Position numbers and translations under genes: made by a program. Below the pieces are notes generated by a model that saw only the letters and a list, made by a program, of their open reading frames with translations, did no database searches and was not told where the DNA came from. A stretch of DNA of 64,000 nt from an uncultured bacterium. Lineage in GTDB: Bacteria; Macinerneyibacteriota; Macinerneyibacteria; Macinerneyibacteriales; DSCS01. Each line of letters begins with the position of its first letter. Position 1 is the stretch's first letter. The stretch is taken from contig CAZJQC010000002.1 of assembly GCA_964548195.1 (NCBI GenBank), positions 1 to 64,000 of the forward strand, in the 5' to 3' direction. Of the stretch, positions 56,721 to 64,000 are shown in pieces.

Positions 56721-57701
56721 TCATCTGCCTAATGTCGCCACCATAACGGCTTTGATAGTATGCATGCGGTTTTCGGCCTCGTCAAACACCCTTGAGTGTT
56801 TGCTCTCAAAGACTTCATCGGTCACTTCTTTGATGTCAGGGAATTTTTTGGCCATTTCTGTGTCATCATCATGGAACGAGGGAAGGCAATGGAGGAATAT
56901 GGTCTCCTCCTTGCCCGTGCTTCTTACCATGTCCATATCGATCTGATACGGTTTGAGCAATTTTATGCGCTCGGGTATCTGATCCTCCTCGCCCATTGAA
57001 GCCCAGACATCCGTATAGATGACGTCGGCGTCTTTCACCCCTGCCGCAGCATCATCGGTGATGGTGATAGTGGCGCCGTTTTCAACCGCGATCTTTCTGG
57101 CTTCAGATACCAGGGCATCTTCGGGGAAAAGCGATTTGGGCGAGACGATCCTGAAATCCATGCCCATTTTTGCCGCACCTATCATGAGGGAGTTGGCCAT
57201 GTTATTACGTCCGTCTCCTACATATGCGAACACGATCCCCTTAAGATAACCGAAATTTTCCTTGACGGTGAGAAAATCGGCAAGTATCTGGGTCGGATGA
57301 AATTTGTCTGTGAGTCCGTTCCATACGGGAACGCCGGCCCATTCCGCCAGACCTTCCACGGTCTCATGTTTGAACCCGCGGAACTCAATGCCGTCAAACA
57401 TCCTCCCAAGCACACGCGCAGTATCCTTGACAGTCTCTTTTTTTCCAAGCTGTATGTCGTTCTTTCCCAAATATTCCGGATGCGCTCCTTCATCCACACA
57501 GGCCACTGTAAATGCGGCTCTGGTCCTGGTCGATGGTTTCTCAAAAATCAGGGCGATGTTCTTGCCCTCAAGACTTTTGGTCGCAATACCCGCATATTTG
57601 TTTCTTTTGAGCGTCAGAGAGAGATCAAGCAAAAAGGCGATCTCATCGCTGGTAAAGTCCTTCAACTTCAAAAAATGCCTGTTCCTAAGATTAAAAGCCA
57701 T
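56721..57701 (-). CDS. argF: ornithine carbamoyltransferase (likely catabolic, ArcB)
   Basis: [30 protein letters not shown]. Confidence 0.96.
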   Translation of the reverse strand: MAFNLRNRHFLKLKDFTSDEIAFLLDLSLTLKRNKYAGIATKSLEGKNIALIFEKPSTRTRAAFTVACVDEGAHPEYLGKNDIQLGKKETVKDTARVLGRMFDGIEFRGFKHETVEGLAEWAGVPVWNGLTDKFHPTQILADFLTVKENFGYLKGIVFAYVGDGRNNMANSLMIGAAKMGMDFRIVSPKSLFPEDALVSEARKIAVENGATITITDDAAAGVKDADVIYTDVWASMGEEDQIPERIKLLKPYQIDMDMVRSTGKEETIFLHCLPSFHDDDTEMAKKFPDIKEVTDEVFESKHSRVFDEAENRMHTIKAVMVATLGR

Positions 57702-57710
57702 ATATCCTCC

Positions 57711-58658
57711 TTATTTTGTTATTACTGTACCCGTTTTACCTTCCAACGCTTCCTCTATGGTCTCCGGCAAAGTGATTATGACTTTCTCCCCGCCGTTTTC
57801 AATGAAATCAACGGCAGCTTTTATTTTCGGCCCCATGCTCCCTGCCGGGAAATGGCCCTGGTCAAGGTATTCGCGGCATTGCCCGGCGGAGATCCTGTCA
57901 AGGTCCGTCTGATCGGGCTTCCCGAAATTCAGAGAGACCTTCTCGACTCCCGTTGAGATCACAAGCACCTTTGCCCCGATCTCGTTGGCGAGCACCGCGC
58001 TGGCCAGATCCTTGTCTATGACAGCATCAATGCCCTCAAGGCAACCGGAATCATCTCTGTACACCGGGATGCCGCCTCCGCCCACGGTTATTACCACGGC
58101 ACCTGAATCAGAAAGAGCCTTGATGATGTTTTTTTCGATGACCGTCTTCGGTATGGGGGACGGCACCACCCTGCGCCAGCCTCTGCCCGCATCCTCCGAT
58201 ATATGCCAATTGTTCTCGTCGCGCAGCTGCTCGGCCCGGTCCCTGTCATAAAACGGGCCCACCGGCTTGGTGGGGTTCTTCATCTGAGGGTCTTCCGGGT
58301 CCACCAGCACCTGCGACAACACAGTCACGACTTCCCTGTCTATCCCCTCTTTAAGCAATCTGTTCTGCAGTGATTGCTCGATCATATATCCCATACCGCC
58401 CTGTGTGTCCGCAACTATTACGCCCAGCGGGCGGCCGGGAACGTCTTTTTCAATCCCGGCATCCACTCTTAACATCATATTCCCCGCCTGCGGGCCGTTG
58501 CCATGGGTAAGAACAACATCATATCCGCTTTTTATGACATTGATGATCCCCCCAAGAGAAGACCGCGTGTTGGCAAATTCCTCGGCGACCGTACCCTTTT
58601 GGCCCTTTCGGATGATGGCGTTGCCGCCTAAAGCGATGACTACTTTTTCTCTATACAT
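57711..58658 (-). CDS. arcC: carbamate kinase
   Basis: ALGGNA, THGNGPQ, NPTKPVGPFY, RRVVPSP, AVIDKD, GSMGPK. Confidence 0.97.
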   Translation of the reverse strand: MYREKVVIALGGNAIIRKGQKGTVAEEFANTRSSLGGIINVIKSGYDVVLTHGNGPQAGNMMLRVDAGIEKDVPGRPLGVIVADTQGGMGYMIEQSLQNRLLKEGIDREVVTVLSQVLVDPEDPQMKNPTKPVGPFYDRDRAEQLRDENNWHISEDAGRGWRRVVPSPIPKTVIEKNIIKALSDSGAVVITVGGGGIPVYRDDSGCLEGIDAVIDKDLASAVLANEIGAKVLVISTGVEKVSLNFGKPDQTDLDRISAGQCREYLDQGHFPAGSMGPKIKAAVDFIENGGEKVIITLPETIEEALEGKTGTVITK

Positions 58659-58701
58659 ACGAGTTACCTCCGTAAATCCAAATATCCGTCCGTGTTGGGA
58701 G

Positions 58702-58729
58702 ATTATACTTATTTAAATGATTAGTTCAA
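58702..58729 (-). promoter_or_regulatory. internal promoter for arcC-arcB
   Basis: TTGAAC, 16 nt, TATAAT, just downstream of the arcE terminator. Confidence 0.55.
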
Positions 58730-58731
58730 GT

Positions 58732-58758
58732 GAAAAGAGGGAGGGCGTTGCCCTCCCT
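58732..58758 (-). terminator. Rho-independent terminator after the COG2403 gene
   Basis: Minus strand AGGGAGGGC-AAC-GCCCTCCCT-CTTTTC. Confidence 0.85.
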
Positions 58759-58769
58759 GCCTGGTCTTG

Positions 58770-60086
58770 TTATTTGATTTTTTCTTTCAGTATCTGCTCC
58801 AGAGTAGGTTCTCCGATTTCCTGAAGTTCATATCCCACACGCACAGCAGGCTGTTTGATGTTGATGACCCTTCTCAGGTCAATGGGGGTGCCTATGATGA
58901 CCAGCTCCGCATCACTGCGGGCTATGGTCTCTTCCAGATCCCTCATCTGATCATCACCATATCCCATGGCGGGAAGCAGAATACCTATTTCGGGATACTT
59001 GTCAAAAGTATCACTTATAGATTTCACCGCAAAGTCCCTGGGATCAATAAGTTCCGCAGCGCCGTATTTCATTGCTGCTATAACGCCAGCTCCGTACTGC
59101 ATCTCGCCGTGAGTAAGCGTAGGTCCGTCTTCGACCACGAGCACGCGTTTGCCGAGTATCTGGTTTCCGTTTTCCACAAAAATGGGAGAAGCGCCGTCAA
59201 CAACGATAGCATTGGGATTGGTGTCGCGGATATTTTCCCTTACTTCCTCTATGCCTTCAAGATCAGCGGTGTCGATCTTGTTTATAACGACCACATCCGC
59301 CATTCTGATATTGGCCTCGCCGGGATAATATGAGACTTCAGCGCCCGCTCTGTGAGGATCGGCAACTACGATCGCCAGATCCGGTTTGTAGAAAGGAAGG
59401 TCATTGTTTCCGCCATCCCACAATATCACATCAGCTTCCTTCTCCGCTTCGCGAAGTATGGCTTCATAGTCAACTCCGGCGTAGATAATGCTGCCCATGG
59501 CGATATGAGGCTCATACTCTTCCATCTCCTCTATGGTGCATTCATGCTTTTTCAGATCCGAGATATCCGCATATCTCTGGACTTTTTGTTTGACAAGGTC
59601 GCCGTAAGGCATGGGGTGTCTTATGGACACGACCTTTTTACCCATTTCCTTAAGTATCTTTACGACTCTTCTGGTCGTCTGGCTTTTACCGCATCCGGTC
59701 CTGGTGGCACAGATGGAGATGACGGGTTTGGTGGATTTGATCATCGTAGTCTTGCCGCCCATCAGCCAGAAGTCGGCTCCCGCCGCATTGGCTATGGATG
59801 ATTTATGCATCACGTCGACATGGCTTTTATCTGAATAGGCAAAAACAACAACATCGATGTCATGATCTTTTATTATGTCTGTCATCTCAGCTTCCGGCTT
59901 GATCGGAATGCCGTTGGGATAAAGTTTTCCGGCTAATTCAGCGGGATACTTTTTGTCGTCTATACCGGGGATCTGTGTGGCTGTGAAAGCGACCACGTCA
60001 TAGTCCTCGTTATCACGGAAAAAGGTGTTGAAATTGTGAAAATCCCTGCCAGCTGCACCAAGTATAAGTACTTTTCTTCTAGCCAT
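58770..60086 (-). CDS. arcE: COG2403 P-loop protein (cyclic 2,3-diphosphoglycerate synthetase-like), probable arginine synthetase ArcE
   Basis: GAAGRDFHNFN, RTGCGKSQT, IRHPMPYG, TIEEMEEYEPH, WDGGNND, EDGPTLTHG; adjacent to arcC and arcB. Confidence 0.8.
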   Translation of the reverse strand: MARRKVLILGAAGRDFHNFNTFFRDNEDYDVVAFTATQIPGIDDKKYPAELAGKLYPNGIPIKPEAEMTDIIKDHDIDVVVFAYSDKSHVDVMHKSSIANAAGADFWLMGGKTTMIKSTKPVISICATRTGCGKSQTTRRVVKILKEMGKKVVSIRHPMPYGDLVKQKVQRYADISDLKKHECTIEEMEEYEPHIAMGSIIYAGVDYEAILREAEKEADVILWDGGNNDLPFYKPDLAIVVADPHRAGAEVSYYPGEANIRMADVVVINKIDTADLEGIEEVRENIRDTNPNAIVVDGASPIFVENGNQILGKRVLVVEDGPTLTHGEMQYGAGVIAAMKYGAAELIDPRDFAVKSISDTFDKYPEIGILLPAMGYGDDQMRDLEETIARSDAELVIIGTPIDLRRVINIKQPAVRVGYELQEIGEPTLEQILKEKIK

Positions 60087-60160
60087 TTCTACCTCCTGAT
60101 AATGTTAGAAACTTTTCTACAGCTACAATATATCTTTAAACTTCATTGTCAAACACTTTT

Positions 60161-61246
60161 TTATTTATCAATTATGTTCAGTATCTCGACTATTACAGCA
60201 TCAGAAAGGTATCGGCACGATTCCCTGATACGAAGGTTCCTGCCGTCAAGTTCTACAAAATCCCCGAAACCTTCAAAAAAACCCTCGGCTTTCAGAACAG
60301 AACTCTCAGACTGGCTTAGCAGGACGCCTTCGGCGAGACGAAGCCCCATGATGATCCGGGTAGCCCTGATCTCCCGGGCCCCCAATCGCTCTGAGACAGC
60401 ACCATCCCCCCTGATATAGGATGCGATGTCAGAAGGGTTCGTCCTTAGAACCCCCTCTATATAACCGACTGCAGACGCCCCAAGGCCGATGTATTCCGTA
60501 AAATGCCAATACTTAAGATTATGTCTGCACTCATAGCCTTTTTTGGAAAAATTTGAGATCTCATAGCATCCATAGCCTCTCGCTGAAAACGAATCAGAGA
60601 ACGCGGAATATATCTCCGCCTGTTTGTCGCTGTCTGCCATGATAATCGATTTGTCTCTGACCCTGCCGTAAAAAGGGGTCTTGCTGTCCACTGATATGGC
60701 ATAAAGGGATATATGGTCAGGGCCGACACAGTCTATTGATCCAATCTCACTCGCTATCAGCGCCTCGTCACCATATAATCCAAACATCATATCCAAAGAG
60801 AGGTTTTGAGTGTTCTCACGTATCATCCCGACGCGGGCTTTCAGGTCATCCAGGTCTTCACGCCCCAAAACGGAGCGTTTTGCCCGGTCAAAGGACTGTA
60901 CGCCCACCGATATCCTGTTCACTCCCGCCGCCTTATAGTCCCTGAGCCGCGCCAGCGTCGCATCACGCGGGTTGAATTCCATGGAGATCTCACAATCGGT
61001 GATATTAAAGATCCGACTGGCCCGATCGATCACCATCCCCATTTGAGCCGGCTCCATCAACGACGGCGTGCCGCCGCCGAAATACAAAGTGTCGACAAAC
61101 GAACCTCTGTATTCCTCCATCTCCTCTATCACCCTGTCAATGTACGCCACGGGTATCCCGGATGACGTCTCGACGGAATAAAATGAGCAATATGGACACT
61201 TTTTTTCACAAAAGGGTATGTGTATGTAGACGCCTCTATTTTTCAC
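60161..61246 (-). CDS. hemW: radical SAM heme chaperone HemW
   Basis: YIHIPFCEKKCPYCSF, FGGGTPS, YEISNF, HNLKYW; start moved to GTG 61246. Confidence 0.9.
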   Translation of the reverse strand: MKNRGVYIHIPFCEKKCPYCSFYSVETSSGIPVAYIDRVIEEMEEYRGSFVDTLYFGGGTPSLMEPAQMGMVIDRASRIFNITDCEISMEFNPRDATLARLRDYKAAGVNRISVGVQSFDRAKRSVLGREDLDDLKARVGMIRENTQNLSLDMMFGLYGDEALIASEIGSIDCVGPDHISLYAISVDSKTPFYGRVRDKSIIMADSDKQAEIYSAFSDSFSARGYGCYEISNFSKKGYECRHNLKYWHFTEYIGLGASAVGYIEGVLRTNPSDIASYIRGDGAVSERLGAREIRATRIIMGLRLAEGVLLSQSESSVLKAEGFFEGFGDFVELDGRNLRIRESCRYLSDAVIVEILNIIDK

Positions 61247-62450
61247 GTATATCCACACCATAGAGGTGGTGGCTGTCGGCGCCAAAGATAACGACTCCGG
61301 ATGCCACCGCCGGCACAGTCCTGTCTATATGATGTTTTATTGAGTAACGAAAAACCCTCTTGCCGTCAGACATGTCATATCCGTAAACGGCGTAATCTCT
61401 TGAGCCAAAATAAACGACCCCGTCATGGACTGAGAATCCCCCGTTGACCGCTCCGCCTTTTCTGAACCGAAGATCATAATCCATCCATCTGTTGTCCGTA
61501 AGCAGCATTCTTTCGACTTTTCCCGATCCGGTTGAGAGCAGGGCAGCCCCTTTGTCTGTCGCCACCACAAGAGTGTCCCCATATATCAGCGGAGTCCCTT
61601 CAGTGGCCCCTTTCAGATGCGTTGTCCAGACCTCTGACATCCCCTTCAGCCGGATCTTATGGACAAAGCCGCCCTCCGTCGCGAAATAACCGTACCCGCC
61701 GCCGGCCGCAACGCCGCTTTTTATACGTGCGGACCTTTTTTCAATGCCGTTAAAATCAGTAAATTTATCGGATGATTCAAAGACACCGTTCCGGTTGCCC
61801 ATGATGTCATACTGTATTACTTTGTTCTCCGTCGAATACAGTACGACTATGCCGTCACAAAAAAAATCCTTGTCGGAATATCCCGGCCTTGTCCTGCGCA
61901 GCAATTTCAGAGGTTCGCGCTGATAAAAGTACAGATACCCCTCTTCGTCGGCAAAGACCAGACTGTCTCTGTCCGCATAAGGCGCAAGATGGACCCATCC
62001 CGCGGCTTTTAGTTCAAAGATGATCTGCCCGCCGCCAGCGTCAATGCCCTTTAGGGAAGCGTCGTCGGACCCCACATATATTGTGTCCTCAAATACAACG
62101 GGCGATGAAGTGTTTTGATCCGACCCGCCAAGACGGGGACTCTCCCAGACCCTTGCGCCCGTGTGTATGTCGAATGCCGCAAGATAGCTTTTGAAGACCT
62201 TATTGTCCGCCGACATGTGCACGCCGGGTTTGGACGTGTTGACACGAGGGATCACAAACCTGTTTTCATCCGCCCTGCCTATGTCTACAGCCCAGGTCAC
62301 GACCGTGCCGGACTCGGCAAGTATAAGAGGCCTTGTCTGTACTTTTAGTGTTTCGCCCAGATCGTTCTCCCACAGCAGTTCCGCCTTAGAACATGCCGCG
62401 AAAAAAAGAAAAAGAAACAATACATGCCCAAAAAAAGATCTTCTACTCAT
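61236..62450 (-). CDS. PQQ-like beta-propeller lipoprotein (BamB-like fold)
   Basis: Lipobox FAA-C; repeats AFDIHTGARVW, SSPVVFEDTIYVGSDD, VVYFGSRD. Confidence 0.8.
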   Translation of the reverse strand: MSRRSFFGHVLFLFLFFAACSKAELLWENDLGETLKVQTRPLILAESGTVVTWAVDIGRADENRFVIPRVNTSKPGVHMSADNKVFKSYLAAFDIHTGARVWESPRLGGSDQNTSSPVVFEDTIYVGSDDASLKGIDAGGGQIIFELKAAGWVHLAPYADRDSLVFADEEGYLYFYQREPLKLLRRTRPGYSDKDFFCDGIVVLYSTENKVIQYDIMGNRNGVFESSDKFTDFNGIEKRSARIKSGVAAGGGYGYFATEGGFVHKIRLKGMSEVWTTHLKGATEGTPLIYGDTLVVATDKGAALLSTGSGKVERMLLTDNRWMDYDLRFRKGGAVNGGFSVHDGVVYFGSRDYAVYGYDMSDGKRVFRYSIKHHIDRTVPAVASGVVIFGADSHHLYGVDIREK

Positions 62451-64000
62451 CCGACACCTGTAAAATAGAGAGGAAAGCCTCCTGCGGTATATCCACTTTA
62501 CCGACTTTTTTCATCCGTTTTTTCCCGGCTTTCTGTTTCTCAAGCAGTTTTTTCTTTCTCGATATATCACCGCCGTAGCATTTCGCGGTCACGTTTTTCC
62601 GCAAAGGCTTTACTGTCGAACGGGTAAGGACCCTGGAACCGGCGGCGACTTGTATCACGACCTCGAAAAGCTGCCGTGGTATGTTTTCCTTTAGTTTTCT
62701 TGCCATGTAGGTGCCTCTCTGATACGTGTTGTCGCTATGGGAGATGACGGTAAGAGCATCGACCGGTTCCCCATTGATCAGCACCGACAACTTTTCCAGA
62801 TGGCTCCGTCTGTGTCCTATATAATTATAGTCGAAAGAGGCATATCCGGAAGTCATTGATTTCATCTTGTCAAAAAACTCAAAGATGATCTCGCTAAGAG
62901 GCATCTCAAACCTCAGCACAGCGCGATCTTCAGTTATATATTCCATCCCCTTATGCACTCCCCGTTTATCAATGCAAAGTCTCATCACATTGCCTATAAA
63001 TTCGGCCGGGAGTATGATCTCAACCGCCACGAACGGTTCTTCCAAATAATCAAGAGACTTTTCATCCACTTGCGAAGGGTTATGTATCTCAGTGACGACG
63101 CCCTTTTTGTCATACGCCTTGTACACAACGCTGGGTGTGGTTATTACAAGGTCCAGTCCGAATTCACGCTCGAGCCGTTCCTGTGTCACTTCCATATGCA
63201 GAAGGCCAAGAAAGCCCGCCCTGAAGCCAAATCCCAGCGCCTGGGACGTCTCCGGCTCGTAGACAAGCGCGGCATCATTGAGTTTCAGCTTTTCCAGCGC
63301 TTCCCTAAGGTCAGGGTATTTATCATTGTCCGACGGATACATGCCGCTGTAGACCATGGGCAGTATCTCCTGATAGCCATGCAAAGGCTCGGTTTTGTAA
63401 TCATCCGCAGCACATATCGTATCCCCGACCTTCGCTTCGCTGATCTGTTTTATAGACGCGATCACATATCCCACATCACCGGCAGTTAATTCAGTCATAC
63501 TCTTCATAAGGGGCTGAAAACAGCCGATCTCCTGCACTTCATATCGTGCATCAGTGCCCATCAACCTTATATCATCGCCCTTCTTTATAGTTCCGTCTTT
63601 TATACGCACATAAAGTATGACTCCCTTATATGTGTCATAGTGAGAGTCAAAGATCAATGCTCTAAGCGGCTGTTCCGCATCTCCACTTGGCGCCGGTATA
63701 CGTTTTATCACCGAATCGAGTATGGCTTCTATGCCTATGCCCTCTTTCGCGCTGGCTGAGATCACTTCATCCGGGTCAAATCCGATCTGCCCGATCAGCT
63801 CTTCCGTCGTCCTCTCAATATCTGCCCCGGGAAGATCTATCTTGTTCAACACGGGTATGAGCTTGAGGTCGTTGTCGACCGCCAGATACGCGTTTGCCAG
63901 TGTCTGGGCCTGTATCCCCTGCGCAGCATCCACAACAAGCAGAGCGCCCTCGCATGCGGCAAGCGCCCGGGATACTTCATAAGAAAAATCGACATGGCCG
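62443..64000 (-). CDS. lepA: translation elongation factor 4 (5' end outside the window)
   Basis: GHVDFSYEVSRALAACEG, NKIDLP, GFLGLLHMEV, KCYGGDISRKKKLLEKQKAGKKRMK. Confidence 0.98.
   Translation of the reverse strand, partial: GHVDFSYEVSRALAACEGALLVVDAAQGIQAQTLANAYLAVDNDLKLIPVLNKIDLPGADIERTTEELIGQIGFDPDEVISASAKEGIGIEAILDSVIKRIPAPSGDAEQPLRALIFDSHYDTYKGVILYVRIKDGTIKKGDDIRLMGTDARYEVQEIGCFQPLMKSMTELTAGDVGYVIASIKQISEAKVGDTICAADDYKTEPLHGYQEILPMVYSGMYPSDNDKYPDLREALEKLKLNDAALVYEPETSQALGFGFRAGFLGLLHMEVTQERLEREFGLDLVITTPSVVYKAYDKKGVVTEIHNPSQVDEKSLDYLEEPFVAVEIILPAEFIGNVMRLCIDKRGVHKGMEYITEDRAVLRFEMPLSEIIFEFFDKMKSMTSGYASFDYNYIGHRRSHLEKLSVLINGEPVDALTVISHSDNTYQRGTYMARKLKENIPRQLFEVVIQVAAGSRVLTRSTVKPLRKNVTAKCYGGDISRKKKLLEKQKAGKKRMKKVGKVDIPQEAFLSILQVSDE

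Overview
A 64-kb, densely coding piece of a bacterial chromosome. The organism is a diderm, probably anaerobic and amino-acid fermenting (kdsA/C/D, lgt, SurA-like and AsmA-like proteins, arginine catabolism genes). I find about 57 CDSs and 3 tRNAs, and no IS element, prophage or CRISPR array. Gene orientation flips from + to - at about 10.4 kb, exactly at a 28-bp XerC/XerD dif-like site, so the window very likely spans the replication terminus. Main candidates for unusual systems: (1) a self-contained three-gene envelope operon encoding an AsmA/YdbH-like bridge protein, a DUF1318/YdbL-like lipoprotein and a ~2,330-aa exported beta-propeller/TPR lipoprotein with a degenerate CHAT-like segment plus a C-terminal caspase-like CHAT protease with an intact dyad; (2) an arcA-less arginine catabolism cluster (COG2403/ArcE arginine synthetase, carbamate kinase, OTC); (3) an XRE-HTH/GlmL-type actin-fold ATPase/unknown-domain fusion with operator-like repeats over its promoter. 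Smaller points: three apparently leaderless genes, two paralogous coiled-coil microproteins (one missed by the ORF track), a Cys-to-Asp MurA, an archaeal-type ValRS, and several signalling proteins lacking catalytic or output domains. All product calls come from motif recognition by eye; no database searches were run.
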